Assembly (NCBI GenBank): GCA_964016885.1
Contig: OZ024762.1
Coordinates: 30,504,001-30,568,000 of the forward strand
Direction: 5' to 3'
Source: Eledone cirrhosa
Taxonomy: Eukaryota
DNA: 64,000 nt
Below the pieces are notes generated by a model that had not been told where the DNA came from, made no database searches, and saw only the letters and a list, made by a program, of their open reading frames with translations. Positions 12,343-25,034 of the stretch are shown here, piece by piece. The translations under genes and the position numbers were made by a program. The first letter of the stretch is position 1, and each line of letters begins with the position of its first letter.

Positions 12343-15300
12343 CTGTCAGAAGTAACTCCACTGTTGGTGAGAATTCATTTAAGTTCATGGTATTAGCTGT
12401 CAGAAGGAACGCCACTGTTGGTGAGAATTCATTTAAGTTCATGGTATTAGCTGTCAGAAGTAACTCCACTGTTGGTGAGAATTCATTTAAGTCATGGTAT
12501 TAGTTGTCAGAAGTAACTCCAATGTTGGTGAGAATTCATTTAAGTCATGGTACTAGCTGTCAGAAGTAACTCCAATGTTGGTGAGAATTCATTTAAGTTC
12601 ATGGTATTAGCTGTCAGAAGGAACTCCACTGTTGGTGAGAATTCATTTAAGTTCATGGTATTAGCTGTCAGAAGTAACTCCACTGTTGGTGAGAATTCAT
12701 TTAAGTTCATGGTACTAGCTGTCAGAAGTAACTCCAATGTTGGTGAGAATTCATTTAAGTTCATGGTATTAGCTGTCAGAAGTAACTCCACTGTTGGTGA
12801 GAATTCATTTAAGTCATGGTATTAGCTGTCAGAAGTAACTCCAATGTTGGTGAGAATTCATTTAAGTTCATGGTATTAGCTGTCAGAAGTAACTCCACTG
12901 TTGGTGAGAATTCATTTAAGTTCATGGTATTAGCTGTCAGAAGTAACTCCACTGTTGGTGAGAATTCATTTAAGTTCATGGTACTAGCTGTCAGAAGTAA
13001 CTCCACTGTTGGTGGGAATTCATTTAAGTTCATGGAATTAGTTTGTCAGAAGTAACTCCACTGTTGGTGAGAATTCATTTAAGTCATGGTATTAGTTGTC
13101 AGAAGTAACTCCAATGTTGGTGAGAATTCATTTAAGTTCATGGTACTAGCTGTCAGAAGTAACTCCACTGTTGGTGAGAATTCATTTAAGTTCATGGTAT
13201 TAGCTGTCAGAAGTAACTCCACTGTTGGTGAGAATTCATTTAAGTCATGGTATTAGCTGTCAGAAGTAACTCCAATGTTGGTGAGAATTCATTTAAGTCA
13301 TGGTACTAGCTGTCAGAAGTAACTCCAATGTTGGTGAGAATTCATTTAAGTTCATGGTATTAGCTGTTAGAAGGAACTCCACTGTTGGTGAGAATTCATT
13401 TAAGTTCATGGTATTAGCTGTCAGAAGTAACTCCACTGTTGGTGAGAATTCATTTAAGTTCATGGTACTAGCTGTCAGAAGTAACTCCACTGTTGGTGAG
13501 AATTCAGTTAAGTTCATGGTACTAGCTGTCAGAAGTCACTCCAATGTTGGTGAGAATTCATTTAAGTTCATGGTACTAGCTGTCAGAAGTAACTCCACTG
13601 TTGGTGAGAATTCATTTAAGTTGATGGTATTAGCTGTCAGAAGGAACACCACTGTTGGTGAGAATTCATTTAAGTTCATGGTACTAGCTGTCAGAAGTAA
13701 CTCCACTGTTGGTGAGAATTCAGTTAAGTTCATGGTACTAGCTGTCAGAAGTCACTCCAATGTTGGTGAGAATTCATTTAAGTTCATGGTACTAGCTGTC
13801 AGAAGTAACTCCACTGTTGGTGAGAATTCATTTAAGTTCATGGTATTAGCTGTCAGAAGGAACACCACTGTTGGTGAGAATTCATTTAAGTTCATGGTAT
13901 TAGCTGTCAGATGTAACTCCACTGTTGGTGAGAATTCATTTAAGTTCATGGTACTAGCTGTCAGAAGTAACTCCACTGTTGGTGAGATTTCAGTTAAGTT
14001 CATGGTATTAGTTGTCAGAAGTAACTCCACTGTTGGTGAGAATTCATTTAAATCATGGTATTAGTTGTCAGAAGTAACTCCAATGTTGGTGAGAATTCAT
14101 TTAAGTTCATGGTACTAGCTGTCAGAAGTAACTCCACTGTTGGTGAGAATTCATTTAAGTTCATGGTATTAGCTGTCAGAAGTAACTCCACTGTTGGTGA
14201 GAATTCATTTAAGTCATGGTATTAGCTGTCAGAAGTAACTCCATTGTTGGTGAGAATTCATTTAAGTCATGCTACTAGCTGTCAGAAGTAACTCCACTGT
14301 TGGTGAGAATTCATTTAAGTTCATGGTATTAGCTGTCAGAAGGAACTCCACTGTTGGTGAGAATTCATTTAAGTTCATGGTACTAGCTGTCAGAAGTAAC
14401 TCCACTGTTGGTGAGAATTCATTTAAGTTCATGGTACTAGCTGTCAGAAGGAACTCCACTGTTGGTGAGAATTCATTTAAGTTCATGGTATTAGCTGTCA
14501 GAAGTAACTCCAATGTTGGTGAGAATTCATTTAAGTCATGGTACTAGCTGTCAGAAGTAACTCCACTGTTGGTGAGAATTCATTTAAGTTTATGGTATTA
14601 GCTGTCAGAAGGAACTCCACTGTTGGTGAGAATTCATTTAAGTTCATGGTATTAGCTGTCAGAAGTAACTCCAATGTTGGTGAGAATTCATTTAAGTTCA
14701 TGGTATTAGCTGTCAGAAGTAACTCCACTGTTGGTGAGAATTCATTTAAGTTCATGGTATTAGCTGTCAGAAGTAACTCCACTGTTGGTGAGAATTCATG
14801 TAAGTTCATGGTACTAGCTGTCAGAAGTAACTCCACTGTTGGTGAGAATTCATTTAAGTTCATGGTACTAGCTGTCAGAAGTAACCCCAATGTTGGTGAG
14901 AATTCATTTAAGTTCATGGTATTAGCTGTCAGAAGTCACTCCATTGTTGGTGAGAATTCATTTAAGTTCATGGTATTAGCTGTCAGAAGTAACTCCACTG
15001 TTGGTGAGAATTCATTTAAGTTCATGGTATTAGCTGTCAGAAGTAACTCCACTGTTGGTGAGAATTCATTTAAGTTCATGGTATTAGCTGTCAGAAGTAA
15101 CTCCACTGTTGGTGAGAATTCATTTAAGTTCATGGTACTAGCTGTCAGAAGTAACTCCACTGTTGGTGAGAATTCATTTAAGTTCATGGTATTAGCTGTC
15201 AGAAGTAACTCCACTGTTGGTGAGAATTCATTTAAGTCATGGTATTAGCTGTCAGAAGTAACTCCATTGTTGGTGAGAATTCATTTAAGTCATGGTACTA

Positions 15301-15830
15301 TCTGTCAGAAGTAACTCCACTGTTGGTGAGAATTCATTTAAGTTCATGGTACTAGCTGTCAGAAGTAACTCCACTGTTGGTTAGAATTCATTTAAGTTCA
15401 TGGTACTAGCTGTCAGAAGTAACTCCACTGTTGGTGAGAATTCATTTAAGTTCATGGTACTAGCTGTCAGAAGTAACTCCACTGTTGGTGAGAATTCATT
15501 TAAGTTCATGGTACTAGCTGTCAGAAGTAACTCCAATGTTGGTGAGAATTCATTTAAGTCATGGTACTAGCTGTCAGAAGTAACTCCACTGTTGGTGAGA
15601 ATTCATTTAAGTTCATGGTATTAGCTGTCAGAAGGAACTCCACTGTTGGTGAGAATTCATTTAAGTTCATGGTATTAGCTGTCAGAAGTAACTCCACTGT
15701 TGGTGAGAATTCATTTAAGTTCATGGTACTAGCTGTCAGAAGTAACTCCACTGTTGGTGAGAATTCATTTAAGTTCATGGTACTAGCTGTCAGAAGTAAC
15801 CCCAATGTTGGTGAGAATTAATTTAAGTTC

Positions 15831-18800
15831 ATGGTATTAGCTGTCAGAAGGAACTCCACTGTTGGTGAGAATTCATTTAAGTTCATGGTATTAGCTGTCA
15901 GAAGTAACTCCACTGTTGGTGAGAATTCATTTAAGTTCATGGTACTAGCTGTCAGAAGGAACTCCAATGTTGGTGAGAATTCATTTAAGTTCATGGTATT
16001 AGCTGTCAGAAGTAACTCCACTGTTGGTGAGAATTCATTTAAGTTCATGGTATTAGCTGTCAGAAGTAACTCCACTGTTGGTGAGAATTCATTTAAGTTC
16101 ATGGTACTAGCTGTCAGAAGTAACTCCACTGTTGGTGAGAATTCATTTAAGTTCATGGTACTAGCTGTCAGAAGTAACCCCAATGTTGGTGAGAATTCAT
16201 TTACGTTCATGGTATTAGCTGTCAGAAGTCACTCCACTGTTGGTGAGAATTCATTTAAGTTCATGGTATTAGCTGTCAGAAGTAACTCCACTGTTGGTGA
16301 GAATTCATTTAAGTTCATGGTATTAGCTGTCAGAAGTAACTCCACTGTTGGTGAGAATTCATTTAAGTTCATGGTATTAGCTGTCAGAAGGAACTCCAAT
16401 GTTGGTGAGAATTCATTTAAGTTCATGGTATTAGCTGTCAGAAGGAACGCCACTGTTGGTGAGAATTCATTTAAGTCATGGTATTAGCTGTCAGAAGTAA
16501 CTCCATTGTTGGTGGGCATTCATTTAAGTCATGGTACTAGCTGTCAGAAGTAACTCCACTGTTGGTGAGAATTCATTTAAGTTCATGGTATTAGCTGTCA
16601 GAAGGAACTCCACTGTTGGTGAGAATTCATTTAAGTTCATGGTATTAGCTGTCAGAAGTAACTCCACTGTTGGTGAGATTTCATTTAAGTTCATGGTATT
16701 AGCTGTCAGAAGGAACTCCAATGTTGGTGAGAATTCATTTAAGTTCATGGTATTAGCTGTCAGAAGTAACTCCACTGTTGGTGAGAATTCATTTAAGTTC
16801 ATGGTATTAGCTGTCAGAAGTAACTCCACTGTTGGTGAGAATTCATTTAAGTTCATGGTATTAGCTGTCAGAAGGAACTCCAATGTTGGTGAGAATTCAT
16901 TTAAGTTCATGGTATTAGCTGTCAGAAGGAACGCCACTGTTGGTGAGAATTCATTTAAGTCATGGTATTAGCTGTCAGAAGTAACTCCATTGTTGGTGGG
17001 CATTCATTTAAGTCATGGTACTAGCTGTCAGAAGTAACTCCACTGTTGGTGAGAATTCATTTAAGTTCATGGTATTAGCTGTCAGAAGGAACTCCACTGT
17101 TGGTGAGAATTCATTTAAGTTCATGGTATTAGCTGTAAGAAGTAACTCCACTGTTGGTGAGATTTCATTTAAGTTCATGGTACTAGCTGTCAGAAGTAAC
17201 TCCACTGTTGGTGAGAATTCATTTAAGTTCATGGTACTAGCTGTCAGAAGGAACTCCACTGTTGGTGAGAATTCATTTAAGTTCATGGTATTAGCTGTCA
17301 GAAGTAACTGCAATGTTGGTGAGAATTCATTTAAGTTCATGGTATTAGCTGTCAGAAGTAACTCCACTGTTGGTGAGAATTCATTTAAGTTCATGGTACT
17401 AGCTGTCAGAAGTCACTCCACTGTTGGTGAGAATTCATTTAAGTTCATGGTATTAGCTGTCAGAAGTAACTCCACTGTTGGTGAGAATTCATTTAAGTTC
17501 ATGGTATTAGCTGTCAGAAGTAACTCCACTGTTGGTGAGAATTCATTTAAGTTCATGGTATTAGCTGTCAGAAGTAACTCCACTGTTGGTGAGAATTCAT
17601 TTAAGTTCATGGTACTAGCTGTCAGAAGTAACTCCACTGTTGGTGAGAATTCATTTAAATTCATGGTATTAGCTGTCAGAAGTAACTCCACTGTTGGTGA
17701 GAATTCATTTAAGTTCATGGTATTAGCTGTCAGAAGTAACTCCAATGTTGGTGAGAATTCATTTAAGTTCATGGTATTAGCTGTCAGAAGGAACGCCACT
17801 GTTGGTGAGAATTCATTTAAGTCATGGTATTAGCTGTCAGAAGTAACTCCATTGTTGGTGAGAATTCATTTAAGTCATGGTACTAGCTGTCAGAAGTAAC
17901 TCCACTGTTGGTGAGAATTCATTTAAGTTCATGGTATTAGCTGTCAGAAGGAACTCCACTGTTGGTGAGAATTCATTTAAGTTCATGGTATTAGCTGTCA
18001 GAAGTAACTCCACTGTTGGTGAGAATTCATTTAAGTTCATGGTACTAGCTGTCAGAAGTAACTCCACTGTTGGTGAGAATTCATTTAAGTTCATGGTACT
18101 AGCTGTCAGAAGGAACTCCACTGTTGGTGAGAATTCATTTAAGTTCATGGTATTAGCTGTCAGAAGTAACTCCAATGTTGGTGAGAATTCATTTAAGTCA
18201 TGGTACTAGCTGTCAGAAGTAACTCCACTGTTGGTGAGAATTCATTTAAGTTCATGGTATTAGCTGTCAGAAGGAACTCCACTGTTGGTGAGAATTCATT
18301 TAAGTTCATGGTATTAGCTGTCAGAAGTAACTCCACTGTTGGTGAGAATTCATTTAAGTTCATGGTACTAGCTGTCAGAAGTAACTCCACTGTTGGTGAG
18401 AATTCATTTAAGTTCATGGTACTAGCTGTCAGAAGGAACTCCACTGTTGGTGAGAATTCATTTAAGTTCATGGTATTAGCTGTCAGAAGTAACTCCAATG
18501 TTGGTGAGAATTCATTTAAGTCATGGTACTAGCTGTCAGAAGTAACTCCACTGTTGGTGAGAATTCATTTAAGTTCATGGTATTAGCTGTCAGAAGGAAC
18601 TCCACTGTTGGTGAGAATTCATTTAAGTTCATGGTATTAGCTGTCAGAAGTAACTCCAATGTTGGTGAGAATTCATTTAAGTCATGGTACTAGCTGTCAG
18701 AAGTAACTCCACTGTTGGTGAGAATTCATTTAAGTTCATGGTATTAGCTGTCAGAAGGAACTCCACTGTTGGTGAGAATTCATTTAAGTTCATGGTATTA

Positions 18801-21800
18801 GCTGTCAGAAGTAACTCCACTGTTGGTGAGAATTCATTTAAGTTCACGGTACTAGCTGTCAGAAGTAACTCCAATGTTGGTGAGAATTCATATAAGTTCA
18901 TGGTACTAGCTGTCAGAAGTAACTCCACTGTTGGTGAGAATTCATTTAAGTTCATGGTACTAGCTGTCAGAAGTAACTCCACTGTTGGTGAGAATTCATT
19001 TAAGTTCATGGTACTAGCTGTCAGAAGTAACTCCAATGTTGGTGAGAATTCAGTTAAGTTCATGGTATTAGTTGTCAGAAGTAACTCCACTGTTGGTGAG
19101 AATTCATTTAAATCATGGTATTAGTTGTCAGAAGTAACTCCAATGTTGCTGAGAATTCATTTAAGTTCATGGTACTAGCTGTCAGAAGTAACTCCACTGT
19201 TGGTGAGAATTCATTTAAGTTCATGGTACTAGCTGTCAGAAGTAACTCCACTGTTGGTGAGAATTCATTTAAGTTCATGGTATTAGCTGTAAGAAGTAAC
19301 TCCACTGTTGGTGAGATTTCATTTAAGTTCATGGTACTAGCTGTCAGAAGTAACTCCACTGTTGGTGAGAATTCATTTAAGTTCATGGTACTAGCTGTCA
19401 GAAGGAACTCCACTGTTGGTGAGAATTCATTTAAGTTCATGGTATTAGCTGTCAGAAGTAACTGCAATGTTGGTGAGAATTCATTTAAGTTCATGGTATT
19501 AGCTGTCAGAAGTAACTGCAATGTTGGTGAGAATTCATTTAAGTTCATGGTATTAGCTGTCAGAAGTAACTCCACTGTTGGTGAGAATTCATTTAAGTTC
19601 ATGGTATTAGCTGTCAGAAGTAACTCCACTGTTGGTGAGAATTCATTTAAGTTCATGGTATTAGCTGTCAGAAGTAACTCCACTGTTGGTGAGAATTCAT
19701 TTAAGTTCATGGTATTAGCTGTCAGAAGTAACTCCACTGTTGGTGAGAATTCATTTAAGTTCATGGTACTAGCTGTCAGAAGTAACTCCACTGTTGGTGA
19801 GAATTCATTTAAATTCATGGTATTAGCTGTCAGAAGTAACTCCACTGTTGGTGAGAATTCATTTAAGTTCATGGTATTAGCTGTCAGAAGTAACTCCAAT
19901 GTTGGTGAGAATTCATTTAAGTTCATGGTATTAGCTGTCAGAAGGAACGCCACTGTTGGTGAGAATTCATTTAAGTCATGGTATTAGCTGTCAGAAGTAA
20001 CTCCATTGTTGGTGAGAATTCATTTAAGTCATGGTACTAGCTGTCAGAAGTAACTCCACTGTTGGTGAGAATTCATTTAAGTTCATGGTATTAGCTGTCA
20101 GAAGGAACTCCACTGTTGGTGAGAATTCATTTAAGTTCATGGTATTAGCTGTCAGAAGTAACTCCACTGTTGGTGAGAATTCATTTAAGTTCATGGTACT
20201 AGCTGTCAGAAGTAACTCCACTGTTGGTGAGAATTCATTTAAGTTCATGGTACTAGCTGTCAGAAGGAACTCCACTGTTGGTGAGAATTCATTTAAGTTC
20301 ATGGTATTAGCTGTCAGAAGTAACTCCAATGTTGGTGAGAATTCATTTAAGTCATGGTACTAGCTGTCAGAAGTAACTCCACTGTTGGTGAGAATTCATT
20401 TAAGTTCATGGTATTAGCTGTCAGAAGGAACTCCACTGTTGGTGAGAATTCATTTAAGTTCATGGTATTAGCTGTCAGAAGTAACTCCACTGTTGGTGAG
20501 AATTCATTTAAGTTCATGGTACTAGCTGTCAGAAGTAACTCCACTGTTGGTGAGAATTCATTTAAGTTCATGGTACTAGCTGTCAGAAGGAACTCCACTG
20601 TTGGTGAGAATTCATTTAAGTTCATGGTATTAGCTGTCAGAAGTAACTCCAATGTTGGTGAGAATTCATTTAAGTCATGGTACTAGCTGTCAGAAGTAAC
20701 TCCACTGTTGGTGAGAATTCATTTAAGTTCATGGTATTAGCTGTCAGAAGGAACTCCACTGTTGGTGAGAATTCATTTAAGTTCATGGTATTAGCTGTCA
20801 GAAGTAACTCCAATGTTGGTGAGAATTCATTTAAGTCATGGTACTAGCTGTCAGAAGTAACTCCACTGTTGGTGAGAATTCATTTAAGTTCATGGTATTA
20901 GCTGTCAGAAGGAACTCCACTGTTGGTGAGAATTCATTTAAGTTCATGGTATTAGCTGTCAGAAGTAACTCCACTGTTGGTGAGAATTCATTTAAGTTCA
21001 CGGTACTAGCTGTCAGAAGTAACTCCAATGTTGGTGAGAATTCATATAAGTTCATGGTACTAGCTGTCAGAAGTAACTCCACTGTTGGTGAGAATTCATT
21101 TAAGTTCATGGTACTAGCTGTCAGAAGTAACTCCACTGTTGGTGAGAATTCATTTAAGTTCATGGTACTAGCTGTCAGAAGTAACTCCAATGTTGGTGAG
21201 AATTCAGTTAAGTTCATGGTATTAGTTGTCAGAAGTAACTCCACTGTTGGTGAGAATTCATTTAAATCATGGTATTAGTTGTCAGAAGTAACTCCAATGT
21301 TGCTGAGAATTCATTTAAGTTCATGGTACTAGCTGTCAGAAGTAACTCCACTGTTGGTGAGAATTCATTTAAGTTCATGGTACTAGCTGTCAGAAGTAAC
21401 TCCACTGTTGGTGAGAATTCATTTAAGTTCATGGTACTAGCTGTCAGAAGTAACTCCACTGTTGGTGAGAATTCATTTAAGTCATGGTATTAGCTGTCAG
21501 AAGTAACTCCATTGTTGGTGAGAATTCATTTAAGTCATGGTACTAGCTGTCAGAAGGAACTCCACTGTTGGTGAGAATTCATTTAAGTTCATGGTACTAG
21601 CTGTCAGAAGGAACTCCAATGTTGGTGAGAATTCATTTAAGTTCATGGTATTAGCTGTCAGAAGTAACTCCACTGTTGGTGAGAATTCATTTAAGTTCAT
21701 GGTATTAGCTGTCAGAAGTAACTCCACTGTTGGTGAGAATTCATTTAAGTTCATGGTACTAGCTGTCAGAAGTAACTCCACTGTTGGTGAGAATTCATTT

Positions 21801-24800
21801 AAGTTCATGGTACTAGCTGTCAGAAGTAACCCCAATGTTGGTGAGAATTCATTTACGTTCATGGTATTAGCTGTCAGAAGTCACTCCACTGTTGGTGAGA
21901 ATTCATTTAAGTTCATGGTATTAGCTGTCAGAAGTAACTCCACTGTTGGTGAGAATTCATTTAAGTTCATGGTATTAGCTGTCAGAAGTAACTCCACTGT
22001 TGGTGAGAATTCATTTAAGTTCATGGTATTAGCTGTCAGAAGGAACTCCAATGTTGGTGAGAATTCATTTAAGTTCATGGTATTAGCTGTCAGAAGGAAC
22101 GCCACTGTTGGTGAGAATTCATTTAAGTCATGGTATTAGCTGTCAGAAGTAACTCCATTGTTGGTGGGCATTCATTTAAGTCATGGTACTAGCTGTCAGA
22201 AGTAACTCCACTGTTGGTGAGAATTCATTTAAGTTCATGGTATTAGCTGTCAGAAGGAACTCCACTGTTGGTGAGAATTCATTTAAGTTCATGGTATTAG
22301 CTGTCAGAAGTAACTCCACTGTTGGTGAGATTTCATTTAAGTTCATGGTATTAGCTGTCAGAAGGAACTCCAATGTTGGTGAGAATTCATTTAAGTTCAT
22401 GGTATTAGCTGTCAGAAGTAACTCCACTGTTGGTGAGAATTCATTTAAGTTCATGGTATTAGCTGTCAGAAGTAACTCCACTGTTGGTGAGAATTCATTT
22501 AAGTTCATGGTATTAGCTGTCAGAAGGAACTCCAATGTTGGTGAGAATTCATTTAAGTTCATGGTATTAGCTGTCAGAAGGAACGCCACTGTTGGTGAGA
22601 ATTCATTTAAGTCATGGTATTAGCTGTCAGAAGTAACTCCATTGTTGGTGGGCATTCATTTAAGTCATGGTACTAGCTGTCAGAAGTAACTCCACTGTTG
22701 GTGAGAATTCATTTAAGTTCATGGTATTAGCTGTCAGAAGGAACTCCACTGTTGGTGAGAATTCATTTAAGTTCATGGTATTAGCTGTAAGAAGTAACTC
22801 CACTGTTGGTGAGATTTCATTTAAGTTCATGGTACTAGCTGTCAGAAGTAACTCCACTGTTGGTGAGAATTCATTTAAGTTCATGGTACTAGCTGTCAGA
22901 AGGAACTCCACTGTTGGTGAGAATTCATTTAAGTTCATGGTATTAGCTGTCAGAAGTAACTGCAATGTTGGTGAGAATTCATTTAAGTTCATGGTATTAG
23001 CTGTCAGAAGTAACTCCACTGTTGGTGAGAATTCATTTAAGTTCATGGTACTAGCTGTCAGAAGTCACTCCACTGTTGGTGAGAATTCATTTAAGTTCAT
23101 GGTATTAGCTGTCAGAAGTAACTCCACTGTTGGTGAGAATTCATTTAAGTTCATGGTATTAGCTGTCAGAAGTAACTCCACTGTTGGTGAGAATTCATTT
23201 AAGTTCATGGTATTAGCTGTCAGAAGTAACTCCACTGTTGGTGAGAATTCATTTAAGTTCATGGTACTAGCTGTCAGAAGTAACTCCACTGTTGGTGAGA
23301 ATTCATTTAAATTCATGGTATTAGCTGTCAGAAGTAACTCCACTGTTGGTGAGAATTCATTTAAGTTCATGGTATTAGCTGTCAGAAGTAACTCCAATGT
23401 TGGTGAGAATTCATTTAAGTTCATGGTATTAGCTGTCAGAAGGAACGCCACTGTTGGTGAGAATTCATTTAAGTCATGGTATTAGCTGTCAGAAGTAACT
23501 CCATTGTTGGTGAGAATTCATTTAAGTCATGGTACTAGCTGTCAGAAGTAACTCCACTGTTGGTGAGAATTCATTTAAGTTCATGGTATTAGCTGTCAGA
23601 AGGAACTCCACTGTTGGTGAGAATTCATTTAAGTTCATGGTATTAGCTGTCAGAAGTAACTCCACTGTTGGTGAGAATTCATTTAAGTTCATGGTACTAG
23701 CTGTCAGAAGTAACTCCACTGTTGGTGAGAATTCATTTAAGTTCATGGTACTAGCTGTCAGAAGGAACTACACTGTTGGTGAGAATTCATTTAAGTTCAT
23801 GGTATTAGCTGTCAGAAGTAACTCCAATGTTGGTGAGAATTCATTTAAGTCATGGTACTAGCTGTCAGAAGTAACTCCACTGTTGGTGAGAATTCATTTA
23901 AGTTCATGGTATTAGCTGTCAGAAGGAACTCCACTGTTGGTGAGAATTCATTTAAGTTCATGGTATTAGCTGTCAGAAGTAACTCCACTGTTGGTGAGAA
24001 TTCATTTAAGTTCATGGTACTAGCTGTCAGAAGTAACTCCACTGTTGGTGAGAATTCATTTAAGTTCATGGTACTAGCTGTCAGAAGGAACTCCACTGTT
24101 GGTGAGAATTCATTTAAGTTCATGGTATTAGCTGTCAGAAGTAACTCCAATGTTGGTGAGAATTCATTTAAGTCATGGTACTAGCTGTCAGAAGTAACTC
24201 CACTGTTGGTGAGAATTCATTTAAGTTCATGGTATTAGCTGTCAGAAGGAACTCCACTGTTGGTGAGAATTCATTTAAGTTCATGGTATTAGCTGTCAGA
24301 AGTAACTCCAATGTTGGTGAGAATTCATTTAAGTCATGGTACTAGCTGTCAGAAGTAACTCCACTGTTGGTGAGAATTCATTTAAGTTCATGGTATTAGC
24401 TGTCAGAAGGAACTCCACTGTTGGTGAGAATTCATTTAAGTTCATGGTATTAGCTGTCAGAAGTAACTCCACTGTTGGTGAGAATTCATTTAAGTTCACG
24501 GTACTAGCTGTCAGAAGTAACTCCAATGTTGGTGAGAATTCATATAAGTTCATGGTACTAGCTGTCAGAAGTAACTCCACTGTTGGTGAGAATTCATTTA
24601 AGTTCATGGTACTAGCTGTCAGAAGTAACTCCACTGTTGGTGAGAATTCATTTAAGTTCATGGTACTAGCTGTCAGAAGTAACTCCAATGTTGGTGAGAA
24701 TTCAGTTAAGTTCATGGTATTAGTTGTCAGAAGTAACTCCACTGTTGGTGAGAATTCATTTAAATCATGGTATTAGTTGTCAGAAGTAACTCCAATGTTG

Positions 24801-25034
24801 CTGAGAATTCATTTAAGTTCATGGTACTAGCTGTCAGAAGTAACTCCACTGTTGGTGAGAATTCATTTAAGTTCATGGTACTAGCTGTCAGAAGTAACTC
24901 CACTGTTGGTGAGAATTCATTTAAGTTCATGGTACTAGCTGTCAGAAGTAACTCCACTGTTGGTGAGAATTCATTTAAGTCATGGTATTAGCTGTCAGAA
25001 GTAACTCCATTGTTGGTGAGAATTCATTTAAGTC
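15831..25034. repeat. Nested duplications with offsets 484, 2154, 3498 and 5652 bp
   Basis: GGGCATTC marker pairs at 16514/16998 and 22166/22650 (484 within a pair, 5652 between pairs). Matching blocks at 17877/20031/23529 and 18684/20838/24336 (offsets 2154 and 3498). Confidence 0.85.
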
